From: Nitrososphaera viennensis EN76
GTDB taxonomy: Archaea > Thermoproteota > Nitrososphaeria > Nitrososphaerales > Nitrososphaeraceae
Assembly: GCF_000698785.1 (NCBI RefSeq)
Contig: NZ_CP007536.1
Span: 2,400,001 to 2,432,000, forward strand
Direction of reading: 5' to 3'
Length of the DNA: 32,000 bases
Made by a program: the position numbers and the translations under genes
Notes under the pieces: model-generated
What the model saw: the letters and a program-made list of their open reading frames with translations, nothing else
What the model was told of the DNA's origin: nothing
Databases searched by the model: none
Part shown: positions 8,858 to 17,790 of the stretch, one piece after another
How positions within the stretch are numbered: the first letter of the stretch is position 1
How the letters are laid out: each line of letters begins with the position of its first letter

Positions 8858-9943
8858 TTATTTATCCGCCGCACCCGACTTCCAGTCGCGGCTGTAGATC
8901 TCGTCTCGCAGCTTTTGTCCTTTGAACATGTGGAAATACGCGTTCCTTACCTTGCTCTGCCTTTCAAGCTCTGCCTGTATCCACAGGTTCTCAAACATCG
9001 AGTAATACGTAAAGACCGTAGACTCGCTGTTGGAATACGTTGCAAGTCCCGTGGCGTCTGAAAACGTGTTCTTTGAATCGTCGCTCACTTCAATCGCAAG
9101 CGAGTAGGTCTGGTCTGTCACCAGCGTCGTGATCTTGCTCTTTACGGCTTTTTCGATAAATGCCACGTTGATGCGATCGTGCTTTTGCTTGATCTTTTGC
9201 TTGGAAGCGTCCTTCATGGTTTCGTCGTCGACCTTGACCAGCACCTTCACGGCCACCCCGCGGCCGCTGGCCTCTCCAAGCAGGTCCAGTATGCCGTCTT
9301 TTTCCGCCCTATAAAAGGAATTGATGGTTGAAAAGAGGACGAGGATGTCAAACGTAGCAGAATCTGCCAGCACCTTTGCAAGATGCAGAATCCTAGAGGG
9401 CTCTCTTATGGTCTCGATGAACTCCCTCTGGATTCCTCGCTCTATTTCGCGGAGCTTGTCCTTTGCAGGGACCGTCCTGCTCAGCAGGTTGTCAAACAGG
9501 TATTGCTGCATCCTGACAAACTGCGGGTGTTTGGTCACGAGCGCCTGATCAGAGCGCTTTTCATTGCCGCCGCTGCCTGCATGGCAAAAGATGTACATCG
9601 AGCCGTCAACAATGCAAAAGCTGCCGCCGGCAATAATTCCATCTCCATGATGCACGTCCGCGTATTTTATCAGCTGCCTGGAAGCCACGGCGGTGTCTTT
9701 GGTGATGTTGGTGATGATGCGCAACTGCAAGTTCTTTTTCTTCAGCTCTGCAAGAAACGCCGCCAACTGTTTTGCATTTGACCCCTGCCCGAACCCTGCA
9801 AGGGGATCAAGGCAGAAATCAATCTTGTCAGATGCGTCGGACAAGAGGCTGAAAATGTCAGGACCGTCGGCTAGCGCGACAAATCCTCCGCCATCGTCAT
9901 CAGCAGGATTGTTATACGACGACGATGATGATCCGCGACCCAA
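8858..9943 (-). CDS. Hypothetical protein with two TrmB-C-terminal/PLD-like repeats and no HTH
   Basis: 361-aa ORF whose only upstream start is TTG. Low-complexity N-terminus (GRGSSSSSYNNPADDDGGG), then two similar alpha/beta modules (LRIITNITKD...FCIVDGSMYIF and FDILVLFSTIN...TTLVTDQTYSLAIEV). The functional call is tentative. Confidence 0.6.
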   Translation of the reverse strand: MGRGSSSSSYNNPADDDGGGFVALADGPDIFSLLSDASDKIDFCLDPLAGFGQGSNAKQLAAFLAELKKKNLQLRIITNITKDTAVASRQLIKYADVHHGDGIIAGGSFCIVDGSMYIFCHAGSGGNEKRSDQALVTKHPQFVRMQQYLFDNLLSRTVPAKDKLREIERGIQREFIETIREPSRILHLAKVLADSATFDILVLFSTINSFYRAEKDGILDLLGEASGRGVAVKVLVKVDDETMKDASKQKIKQKHDRINVAFIEKAVKSKITTLVTDQTYSLAIEVSDDSKNTFSDATGLATYSNSESTVFTYYSMFENLWIQAELERQSKVRNAYFHMFKGQKLRDEIYSRDWKSGAADK

Positions 9944-10081
9944 CCTGTCTGTTTCTTGGAATGCTAAAGATATAAAGTAACAGTGCGTCTTATGTGAGAT
10001 TTTTATAGCAAGTTATGATCACGAAATTAATTAAATATATGATAGCAAGTCTTATATTCTAAATTTTCTGTTATAACCCCT

Positions 10082-10360
10082 GTGCCGATTTTTCTCGACG
10101 TCCACAAGGTGCCGTTCAGCGAATCAAACCTGAAGGAACTGTGCATGTCGCCGACCGACGAGTTTGGAGTCACACACGTCAACCTTTTCTACAACATGGA
10201 TTCCGGCGTGTGCTTTTGCCTGCTAGAAGGGCCTGACATTGATGCCATCGAAAAGCATCATTCCAAGGCCAACATCAAGTGCGAATGGATAACAGAAGTC
10301 ACGCTGGCACAGCCATTCCCGCCTAATAGTCCTGGCAAACCAACAAAAACAACAGCTTAA
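10082..10360 (+). CDS. DUF4242 (SCO4226-like) small protein
   Basis: GTG start. PIFLDVHKV ... GVTHVNLFYNMDSGVCFCLLEGPDIDAIEKHHSKANI..EWITEV follows the DUF4242 consensus (MPxFMDVH ... G.vfCL.eaP..eav...H). Confidence 0.7.
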   Translation: MPIFLDVHKVPFSESNLKELCMSPTDEFGVTHVNLFYNMDSGVCFCLLEGPDIDAIEKHHSKANIKCEWITEVTLAQPFPPNSPGKPTKTTA

Positions 10361-10366
10361 TCGCCT

Positions 10367-10903
10367 TCAAACCGTTTGTGCTGCACGAGGTCGTGCTGGT
10401 TCTGGAATTCTTTGCCGCGCGTATCGCATATGTAATTTGATGGCGTCGTGGGAGGGATCTCTGGATAGTCCTTTCTTTCCTCGCTCTTGTTTGCAACCTC
10501 TCTTTTCATTTATGCTCCCGCCGCGTATCTCCCGCCTCGCAAAGTTGGGGCGTTTTCTTGTCTCGTCAGATATCTGGCTCTGCTGCTTGTACTTTTTGCC
10601 GTTTTCCTCTATCGCCTTGCGCAGGTGGTACGTGTCCCTGAACGCGATATAGCCGTCAAGGCCTTCAAACAGCCCGATGACGTCTTGATCCTGCGTTTTG
10701 TTTCTGGCGTGCTCCAAGATCTTGTGCTTGAACGCCGGGAACGGCAGGCCTTCCAGCTGGCCAATCGCGCTGTCTATGAACCGGTCGTCTCCTCTTGCGA
10801 CCCGCTCTATGGCGCGGTTGATTTTTTCGGTGTCAAATGTTGACCGGTGGGCCGCCGCGCTGATGGTGTCCTTGCTGCGGTCAGGGGCGCGTTCTGTCGT
10901 CAT
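10367..10903 (-). CDS. DUF2795-domain protein with basic C-terminal tail
   Basis: The ATG at 10903 (MTTERAP) is preferred over the track TTG at 10921. LEGLPFPAFKHKILEHARNKTQDQDVIGLFEGLDGYIAFRDTYHLRKAI matches the DUF2795 pattern (G..FPA.K..l...A). Confidence 0.7.
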   Translation of the reverse strand: MTTERAPDRSKDTISAAAHRSTFDTEKINRAIERVARGDDRFIDSAIGQLEGLPFPAFKHKILEHARNKTQDQDVIGLFEGLDGYIAFRDTYHLRKAIEENGKKYKQQSQISDETRKRPNFARREIRGGSINEKRGCKQERGKKGLSRDPSHDAIKLHMRYARQRIPEPARPRAAQTV

Positions 10904-11017
10904 GCATCTTATTCGCGCCAATTTTTAAAAGCAGTTTCCGGATGGCCTGCTTGCGTTGAAGAATGTTGCCGTAGTCAAAAATAGCCCTCTTACGCTTATT
11001 ATGTCGCGTCATCTCTG

Positions 11018-11680
11018 TTGGTGGACAAGAAGCTGTTCGTCGTAGTCATCGCAGCAACAAGCCTGATATTGATAGCTGTGGTTGTGGCTTTTGCGTCCGG
11101 GGTGTTGCAGCAATCATCCCTGTCGCCATCATCCTCATCGCCAGCTATGCAGAATGACAAGATTGGATTTTACACTGGCACAGACAACGGTAGCCTCATA
11201 GTTGATCAGAGAGGCGATGCAAGGCCAGACAAGCAATACAAAACGAGCACTGTGCCGGCTGTCATGGGATATCATGACATCCTGTGGGCCGGCGTCCGCA
11301 AGATCGATAATAGCGGCGCGTTTCTCCTGACAGCCGGGCTTGCTGGCGATCCTAACATGAATGAAAAATACGAAACAACCTATGTATGGCACATTATCAC
11401 TTCCACACACGTCTACACGGCAATCTTGCCAAATTTTGCGCCAGACTCTAATTTTGCCGCAAAGGGGTGGTATTTTGCTGTCTATAACAACACCCGTGAG
11501 AAGTACATAGTACCAATGACGCGAATATCGGACATGCCAAAAGACAGGGTTGAATTTCCGCTTGAGGCGTCGCTTATAGGCAATCCGCAGTCGTTTCACT
11601 ACTGGGTGAGCGTGCACGTGAGGGTTGATGCCCAGAACCTCGACAAACCTCCTGACTATTTGATGGATTATGCTCCATGA
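11018..11680 (+). CDS. N-terminally membrane-anchored extracellular protein, function unknown
   Basis: TTG/GTG start, TM helix LFVVVIAATSLILIAVVVAFA, a Ser-rich linker, then a beta-rich aromatic domain. Confidence 0.6.
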   Translation: MVDKKLFVVVIAATSLILIAVVVAFASGVLQQSSLSPSSSSPAMQNDKIGFYTGTDNGSLIVDQRGDARPDKQYKTSTVPAVMGYHDILWAGVRKIDNSGAFLLTAGLAGDPNMNEKYETTYVWHIITSTHVYTAILPNFAPDSNFAAKGWYFAVYNNTREKYIVPMTRISDMPKDRVEFPLEASLIGNPQSFHYWVSVHVRVDAQNLDKPPDYLMDYAP

Positions 11681-11790
11681 TGATTATGATGGCTCTCTGG
11701 TTCCTTCTTCAACATCTGTGCAGCCTTTACAAAACACAGTGATGAATGGACGGATGTGAAAGAAGAAGCTTGGCAAAGATAGATCTCTCT

Positions 11791-12270
11791 CTACATTGTC
11801 TTGCTGAAATCCCACGCAGAGAAGAATTTCGGCGTGATCTCGATCACGAGCTCTGTCCCATTTCTGGCGTTTTCCATCAACATCTTTGCCAGCGGGTGTT
11901 CAAGCGTGCCAAGGTACTTTAGGTTTATCTTTTCCATGACTGCCGCGTTCTTTTGCCTGTCTTCGGATATGCTTGCTTCTCCCCTTCCTTTTACCCCCTT
12001 GTACGGAAAGTTCTCGTCGTCAATGGAAAAGTAGATCTTGTCAGGGTTCCTCCGTATGTTCTGGATCTTTTTTGTCATCTTTTGTGTGCCGGCGTATATC
12101 TTGCCGGATTCCCTGTCGTAGTAGAACCAGATGGGTTGGATATTCGGGTAGCCTTCCTCGTCAATGGTGGCCAGCTGGATGTTGAGCTTGCTTTCAAGGA
12201 ATCTTTCGACTTCTGCTTCGGTGACCGGACTTGGCATGCCCGGCATAGCTTGTACAAGTTTCATGTGCAT
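11791..12270 (-). CDS. Pyridoxamine 5'-phosphate oxidase-like FMN/F420-binding split-barrel protein
   Basis: ATG at 12270 or 12264; the track TTG at 12318 is unlikely. FLESKLNIQLATIDEEGYPNIQPIWFYYD...IYFSIDDENFPYKGVKGRGEA is the PNPOx-like fold signature. Confidence 0.8.
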   Translation of the reverse strand: MHMKLVQAMPGMPSPVTEAEVERFLESKLNIQLATIDEEGYPNIQPIWFYYDRESGKIYAGTQKMTKKIQNIRRNPDKIYFSIDDENFPYKGVKGRGEASISEDRQKNAAVMEKINLKYLGTLEHPLAKMLMENARNGTELVIEITPKFFSAWDFSKTM

Positions 12271-12444
12271 ATACCTTAGAGTCAAATTTTGATATAAACA
12301 TTGAGAGCACCGTAACAAAAAATGTACGAACGTTCATTGTGTCAGTGATGATCTTTTTCGCGCGATTCTGGTGAAATAGCCCGTGTGGTAATGCATGGCA
12401 TGGTTGGTCAAACCCGTATATAGAAAGGGAGCACTATATGCTGC

Positions 12445-12804
12445 ATGGCAGGAGAAGCCAGAGGGTTTCAAAAAGTGGCAAACAAGGGCGACTTGAAGGA
12501 AGGCGGCCTTCTAGGAGTCGAGGTCGAAGGAAACAAGATTGTGCTGGCCCTGGTGGAAGGCAAGGTATATGCTATGGACGCGGTCTGCTCCCACGAAGGA
12601 GGGCCCCTAGAAGAAGGCGAGCTTATGGGGCACGACCTCAAATGTCCCTGGCACCATGCTCTTTTTGACGTGCGCAGCGGTAAAGTGTCTGATGCAACGG
12701 TGTGGGCGACCGACCAAAAGTCTTATCCTGTGCAGGTTGACCAGTCGACAGGTGACATTCTGGTAAACATTGGCAGCGGAGCAGCAACTACAAGCACAGC
12801 GTAG
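12445..12804 (+). CDS. Rieske [2Fe-2S] ferredoxin-type protein
   Basis: CSHEGGPL ... CPWHHALF supplies the CxH...CxxH cluster ligands. TATA-like GTATATAG lies about 25 nt upstream. Confidence 0.85.
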   Translation: MAGEARGFQKVANKGDLKEGGLLGVEVEGNKIVLALVEGKVYAMDAVCSHEGGPLEEGELMGHDLKCPWHHALFDVRSGKVSDATVWATDQKSYPVQVDQSTGDILVNIGSGAATTSTA

Positions 12805-12842
12805 CAGTATAGTGTACAAGTCGTTATTCTTGTAATGTCGTG

Positions 12843-13436
12843 TCATCTTGGGGTTCTTGGTTTGCGGAGCATCGGAAAGATGGTCGGCGACTTGCCCGCC
12901 TGGATGGTGCCAAGTAGCTCAAACCCGTGCCGTTCGTAGAGGGGGATATTCTTTGGATTTGAAGATTCAAGATAGGCAAGCTTGTGGTCGCGATCGCACG
13001 TGACAAGTGCATGCTGCATTAGAACAGAGCCGAATCCCTTGCCTTGTTGAGACGGGTCGACGCCTATGAGCGGCAAATACCAGTGCGGCTCGCTTGGATG
13101 ATAGCTGCCCATCTGCTCAAATACCGAAAGGACGTCCTTTTGAATCTCTGCAGGCACGGTGCGTCGCAACAGCGTGTCTAGACCTTCTTCGTCAGGGTGG
13201 ACGTCCGGTGGAAGCCACAGCGCTGCGCCGGCGTAGCCGTCAACATAGAATGCGCTCCCATGTGCAAACGCTCTTCCTCCGAATGCCTTGACAAAGCCAG
13301 GGAAATGCGTGAGGTACTGTTGCGGGTCAGGCCACGCCCAACGCGCAGCAGGGTCCGCGCTAAACGCCAGTACCAGGACATCAATTGCCGGAGCCTGGTT
13401 GGACGCTGTAGCGATCTTGATTAGTGGGGCTGTCAT
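12843..13436 (-). CDS. GNAT-family N-acetyltransferase
   Basis: QQGKGFGSVLMQHAL ... YLESSNPKNIPLYERHGFELLG is the acetyl-CoA-binding motif A/B region. ATG start at 13436. Confidence 0.85.
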   Translation of the reverse strand: MTAPLIKIATASNQAPAIDVLVLAFSADPAARWAWPDPQQYLTHFPGFVKAFGGRAFAHGSAFYVDGYAGAALWLPPDVHPDEEGLDTLLRRTVPAEIQKDVLSVFEQMGSYHPSEPHWYLPLIGVDPSQQGKGFGSVLMQHALVTCDRDHKLAYLESSNPKNIPLYERHGFELLGTIQAGKSPTIFPMLRKPRTPR

Positions 13437-13536
13437 AATTCTTGAGGTAGAAATAATGATTGCATAGCAAAAAATATTGTTTTCCTTTCACAGCAAGTGA
13501 GAGGATCTGTCGATTTAAGCATCTCTTGCTCGTAGT

Positions 13537-13656
13537 TTACTCTCTCTTTTTGTAAACATCAAGATGTTGGGTTTTCCAAACAAACACTTTGGTGTAAAAG
13601 TCGGCCATGTGCTTTCTGTCCTCTGCTGGAATTTTCAAAATGAACTGGATGTTCAT
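13537..13656 (-). pseudogene. N-terminal fragment (39 codons) of a glyoxalase/VOC-family gene
   Basis: My own translation: MNIQFILKIPAEDRKHMADFYTKVFVWKTQHLDVYKKRE*. The first beta-alpha-beta of a VOC fold (.....v.D....a.FY..vFGw) then ends abruptly, and no frame continues it. Confidence 0.45.
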
Positions 13657-13662
13657 CTTCTA

Positions 13663-14142
13663 TTATTGCCCTGCGTATGCTTTTTGCAGAGTGGCAATAT
13701 CAAACTTTTTCATTTTAAGAAACGCTTCGGTTACTCGCGCTATTTTCTTCTCGTCTTTATCCTTCATCATCTCGCCCATAACAGTAGGCACAACCTGCCA
13801 TGAGAGGCCATACTTGTCTTTGAGCCAGCCACACTGTTCGGCTTCGGGAACTGCAGAAAGCTTGTCCCAGTAGTAGTCAATCTCTTCTTGGGTGTCACAA
13901 TATATCATGAATGAGACAGACTCGTTGAACTTGAAAAGAGGTCCCGCACTTATGGCCATAAACGGCTGACCGGAGAGCTCAAATGAAACGACATCGCAAT
14001 CGCCAGATGGCGTGTCGCGGATTGTCGTCACATTCGTTATCCTTGAGTTCGGGAATATGGATGCATAGAACTCGGCCGCCTCCTTCGCTTCTTTGTCAAA
14101 CCATAAATGTGGTGTGATTTTTTGGATAATAGCTTTGTTCAT
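13663..14142 (-). CDS. PhnB-like VOC protein (3-demethylubiquinone-9 3-methyltransferase-domain family)
   Basis: The ATG at 14142 (MNKAIIQKITPHLWFDKEAKEAAEFYASIFPNS...) is preferred over the track start at 14343. CGWLKDKYGLSWQVVP and KMKKFDIATLQKAY match the family consensus closely. Confidence 0.8.
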   Translation of the reverse strand: MNKAIIQKITPHLWFDKEAKEAAEFYASIFPNSRITNVTTIRDTPSGDCDVVSFELSGQPFMAISAGPLFKFNESVSFMIYCDTQEEIDYYWDKLSAVPEAEQCGWLKDKYGLSWQVVPTVMGEMMKDKDEKKIARVTEAFLKMKKFDIATLQKAYAGQ

Positions 14143-14221
14143 AGGTGTCCTATAGCAAATGGGATAAAAGGCATTGCTCCCCAAGGGGAGTCTTGCTAGA
14201 AAGGTCACCGATGATATCTTT

Positions 14222-14647
14222 TCAATTACTTGCTTCAACGTATTTTTTAAAGTTGTCCAAAATAGCTTGCCATCCGCCACGCTGCATTTCAAGGGGATTA
14301 GTGCTTTCGGCTTCAAAAGTTTCCACCACTTTGGTTTCAACATCGTTATTCTTTGTGAAAGTAACCTTCACTTTTCTTTCATCGTCAAGAGTGTAAGCAA
14401 TCAATTCATTCCTTTTTATTTCGTCATATGCGCCGACAAAGTCAAAGCCAAAGCTGCCATCTTTTGCTTCCATTCGGTAAAGGAATTTTCCACCTGCCCG
14501 CAAATCATTTTCTGCCCGTGGTGTGTGCCAGTCGTCTGAAGCATTGTTCCATTTAGTAATGTGCTCGGGAGTAGTCCAAAGTTTCCAAACTTTTTCTACA
14601 GGAGCATTGATTACTGCTTGAACTTTGATTGTTTTTTTCGTGTCCAC
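14222..14647 (-). CDS. SRPBCC-superfamily protein (AHSA1/START-like)
   Basis: GTG start. VINAPVEKVWKLWTTPEHITKWN ... GGKFLYRMEAKDGSFGFDFVGAYDEI ... MQRGGWQAILDNFKKYVE is the typical Aha1-like pattern. Confidence 0.8.
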   Translation of the reverse strand: MDTKKTIKVQAVINAPVEKVWKLWTTPEHITKWNNASDDWHTPRAENDLRAGGKFLYRMEAKDGSFGFDFVGAYDEIKRNELIAYTLDDERKVKVTFTKNNDVETKVVETFEAESTNPLEMQRGGWQAILDNFKKYVEASN

Positions 14648-15024
14648 AATATTAATTATGTTCGTTAGTAAATAAAGTCTCAGCTAGCGCATAGTGTCAA
14701 GCGAAGAAGCAGAAAAACTGATAACAGAAGGCTGGAAGTTCATGTGGTTCTTCCGACCGGAAAAGTTATCGTAGAAAAAAGGTTTCTGAACCCAATATGA
14801 GAGCGGGCCCGTCGGGATTGCATCATGCGAGTTGGCATGATTTTTGGTAGAACCCCTTGACGGACTGGCAAGAAATTATTTCTTGTCTGGCTCCACAGTG
14901 CGTCGTATTCTCTTACGGCATTGTGGAACAACATCATTATCCGAAAACTACTGGAATGATATAAGGTTATAGAATAATTCTTCGTTTATAGCATGGTGGA
15001 CATGGTGGACACATTGCAACAGTT

Positions 15025-15624
15025 TCAGCCGTACTGTTTCAGTATAGCGACGTTGTTATTCTGAACGATTTTCATAGCGACACTCAAACGACGAACCGTC
15101 GATTCAAAGTCATAGAGAGCTTGCTGCCATAGGAAACCGCTCTTTTGCCATTGTTTGACAATACTACGTTTGCCCTTGTTCTTGTGAATTATCATTCCAT
15201 AAGTGATAGTATCGAAGATATCAGAGTGTGTCTTTGAAGGTAGTTCCCAGACTCCGCAGTTCTCTTTCAAATAGTCGTTGGTCTGTTTTTGGATGCCTGC
15301 GATATTGTCCTTGTATTCTTTGTCGATAGGCAGAGACTGGTACAACTCGTCCATCTTTCGCAGAGAAATCTTCTCTCTTCCGTCATTTGTGAACAACCGG
15401 ATTTTTAAAACAGCTGACTGAACATAATCTGAATCGTATCCTCGTCGTTCGTACGTGCTGATTTTCTGCCTCCCCTCCGGGGTAACATCACCAAACTTGA
15501 TGTCGAAGGAGTGTGGCTTTTCTGCAATCTCTTTTACCAAGCCAGAACCTAATAGTTCCTCCACAGTTTCATTGAAAAGCTCTAATCTCTCTATTGCAGT
15601 CTTATTCAGGACGCTCTTACCCAA
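15025..15624 (-). CDS. Orphan cytoplasmic protein (199 aa)
   Basis: TTG start with TATA-like AAATATAT about 29 nt upstream on the minus strand. Soluble mixed alpha/beta composition with no motif I recognise. Confidence 0.55.
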   Translation of the reverse strand: MGKSVLNKTAIERLELFNETVEELLGSGLVKEIAEKPHSFDIKFGDVTPEGRQKISTYERRGYDSDYVQSAVLKIRLFTNDGREKISLRKMDELYQSLPIDKEYKDNIAGIQKQTNDYLKENCGVWELPSKTHSDIFDTITYGMIIHKNKGKRSIVKQWQKSGFLWQQALYDFESTVRRLSVAMKIVQNNNVAILKQYG

Positions 15625-15828
15625 GGATTCCGAAAATTAGAACATGGAAGCTGATATATTTACTGTAAATTCCTCACTTATGAAAGGACTCGAAACCCGC
15701 CTGCTTTACACAAGGGTTGGCGTTATTTTCCCTCGTCATACTTCGCTAATAGAGACTGCGGTCAATATGCTTGCCTCGGCAAAATAACAATCGTTTTTGC
15801 GCAATGAAATCACTAACGTTCCGAGACT

Positions 15829-16455
15829 CTATTCAGCTATGTAGTTATACTCTAAGAGAACTTTGTTTATGCCCGAATCATGTAGCACCTCTATGACGAT
15901 CTTGCCTTTTGGCGCAAAATCCTTTGAAACAGTGATCGTTATGGGAAAGGACATAACTTTTGAATCTGGCTCAAGAACGGCATCAATCCTCTTTTGAAGG
16001 CTGCCTATCATGTTAGTAATGTTCGTACCGAGCTCCGGAACAATATTGACATGGTAAGAATCTAGGTATGCAACGCTATTTCCGACGTTCGTGAGAAATA
16101 CATTGATAGTGAATGTTTCATTTTCATGTAAACGCATTATATTGACTTGCGGGGATGTTGTTACATCAATTACGGAAGCAGTACCATTAGCTCCACCTTT
16201 GATAGTGTATGTGGTAGATTCCTCTTTATCAAAGCCCGTGCGAGGAATGGCGTACATTACAATATGGGATTGTTTAACCAAGGCCTCACGCATTAGACCT
16301 GTTTGATTTTTCATCACTGCAAGCTCTTGTTCTTGCACCCTGAACTCATTTGCTTGTTGGGTCAACTGAAGGATTGAAAAGATACCCGTGATCAGCCCTC
16401 CGACGGCGGCCACTGCAATGCCCACAAGCAGTGCGTCTTTTTTTGATTCAGACAC
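15829..16455 (-). CDS. N-terminally TM-anchored protein with beta-sandwich-like ectodomain
   Basis: GTG start. TM helix ALLVGIAVAAVGGLITGIFSIL, a short coiled segment, then a beta-rich domain with a CARDB-like string (FTINVFLTNVGNSVAYL). Confidence 0.6.
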   Translation of the reverse strand: MSESKKDALLVGIAVAAVGGLITGIFSILQLTQQANEFRVQEQELAVMKNQTGLMREALVKQSHIVMYAIPRTGFDKEESTTYTIKGGANGTASVIDVTTSPQVNIMRLHENETFTINVFLTNVGNSVAYLDSYHVNIVPELGTNITNMIGSLQKRIDAVLEPDSKVMSFPITITVSKDFAPKGKIVIEVLHDSGINKVLLEYNYIAE

Positions 16456-16458
16456 TAG

Positions 16459-16476
16459 GAATCTTGTAGAAGATTC
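16459..16476. promoter_or_regulatory. Inverted repeat GAATCTT-GTAG-AAGATTC between TATA box and start of 15829..16455
   Basis: Read from the sequence. The minus-strand TATA-like CTTAATAAG lies just upstream, and the GTG start is at 16455. Confidence 0.35.
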
Positions 16477-16528
16477 TTCTTATTAAGCTAGATACTACAT
16501 GCGGGAAAAAGCAAACTCGCCGAACCTG

Positions 16529-17521
16529 TTAAGTTTTGAAGCGTACAATTCTGTTGTCTTTGTCTGGTTTGTCAAGAATGGTAATCTGCTTCCAAACGGG
16601 AGGTCCATTCTTGGCAGTTACTATGACTCTGGCATCGCCCGGATTGATTATCCTATTTCTTGCTGGAGGATGAAGCCAGCCATCTTCAACAGGTGCAATT
16701 ATGTACGGAATGTCTTCGCCAGTCCTATAAGAGGAAAGGATAACATTCACGGAGTCGCTAACTATTGAAAGTCGTTGTTGAGTTTCAATTGACAAACTAT
16801 CAATGTATTTTCTAAGGGCTCCCATTTCCGAGATAAAGTGTAATACTATCTGATCGCGGTCATCTAAGAATACCGCACACAAATCAAGATATTCTAATGA
16901 ACATGAGTTAATCGTTATCTTGTTGCGCTCACTAGGAAGATGCCAACAAACTTTTAGCTTGGTTTTTTTAATTTCTAATACGCCCTTACAATTGTCGGCC
17001 GCATTTCTTCCCAAATTTTCTACGATAATTCTGCTAACATAGTATCTAAGGACAAATCTTCTATATCGCTTCGGTATGGCGGGATCGGTAGTCTCGAAAG
17101 CCACGAGGTCTATTGGCACAACTGGAATTTCTGAAGTATCTACACATAGCTTTGGCCGCCTATGCCTATCGAGGCCGATATTAGCTCCAAAGAGTGCTAA
17201 ACCTGCGACCGATCCGCTTATTACAAATTGCAATATCAGAAAGATGGGATTCTGACTGATCTCAATTCTAATTGGGGGGTTTGGTCCCTGAGAGGAGGTA
17301 GTTATACTATTTTGTCGATGATCGGTGCCTGAATCTATCATAGAGTCGTTAAGTGAAATCTTTTCGGCCACGTTAATCTGCTTACTTTCGGGAGCAGACG
17401 AGTTGAAGTCATTGGCGGATGTATTCGATAGTTGCGCAAAGACATCCTGAGAATTAAGCGGAAGCAAGGCAACCCATATGAAAAAGGTTAGCCAAAGGAC
17501 CAGAATAGGGCGCGCCAACAC
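16529..17521 (-). CDS. Bitopic membrane protein: signal peptide, Ser/Asn-rich linker, TM helix, about 200-aa C-terminal domain
   Basis: GTG start. ILVLWLTFFIWVALLPLNSQDVFA is signal-like. A second TM helix follows (IFLILQFVISGSVAGLALFGANIGL). The C-terminal domain carries IIVENLGRNAADNCKGVLEI (a beta-sandwich-like N-x-G-x-x-x-A string, as in 15829..16455). Confidence 0.6.
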   Translation of the reverse strand: MLARPILVLWLTFFIWVALLPLNSQDVFAQLSNTSANDFNSSAPESKQINVAEKISLNDSMIDSGTDHRQNSITTSSQGPNPPIRIEISQNPIFLILQFVISGSVAGLALFGANIGLDRHRRPKLCVDTSEIPVVPIDLVAFETTDPAIPKRYRRFVLRYYVSRIIVENLGRNAADNCKGVLEIKKTKLKVCWHLPSERNKITINSCSLEYLDLCAVFLDDRDQIVLHFISEMGALRKYIDSLSIETQQRLSIVSDSVNVILSSYRTGEDIPYIIAPVEDGWLHPPARNRIINPGDARVIVTAKNGPPVWKQITILDKPDKDNRIVRFKT

Positions 17522-17745
17522 CTATTTCCAGATAATTGTTCTATTATTTCTTATGCTGAAAATTGTACTTTACCATTAGAGTTTGACCTCTTTGCAACTT
17601 TTGCCAACAGTAAAATCATCTCCAGAGAGAAGGACTTGTTTCGCGGGCTCCAATCTCTTTTATGACTTGGAGCTATCGAGAGAATAGCCACCATGCTAGG
17701 TAATAAAGTTATATAACAAATTGTTTTTTATGAGAAGGTAGACAG

Positions 17746-17762
17746 ATTGCAACTATTGCAAT
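17746..17762. promoter_or_regulatory. Inverted repeat ATTGCAA-CTA-TTGCAAT, 29 nt upstream of 17791 ATG
   Basis: Read from the sequence. It lies in the 269-bp AT-rich divergent spacer between 17521 (-) and 17791 (+). Confidence 0.35.
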
Positions 17763-17790
17763 GGTTGTAACATTAGTGTTGGGTTGACAG

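Noticed and set aside
11739-11807. C/D-box sRNA-like arrangement (GTGATGA at 11739-11745, CTGA at 11804-11807)
   Set aside because: I found no convincing internal D'/C' boxes and no terminal stem. The putative D box lies inside the 3' end of the PNPOx-like CDS on the other strand. Most likely chance.
12438-12668. ORF 12438..12668(+) overlapping the Rieske gene
   Set aside because: This alternative frame of the Rieske CDS gives Arg/Gly/Pro-rich nonsense. The 12445 frame carries the CxH/CxxH motifs.
14740-14937. Track ORF 14740..14937(-) in the 377-bp spacer
   Set aside because: Arg/Met/Phe-rich sequence with no promoter geometry or motif. The spacer may hold decayed gene remnants, but I cannot support a CDS.
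14992-15009. 9-bp tandem duplication CATGGTGGA x2
   Set aside because: Only two short copies with no further periodicity. Most likely a slippage duplication in non-coding DNA.
15686-15701. GGACTCGAAACCCGCC, resembling the reverse complement of a tRNA T-arm (possible att remnant)
   Set aside because: The flanking sequence cannot be folded into T-stem, acceptor or anticodon arms. No cloverleaf could be built on either strand.
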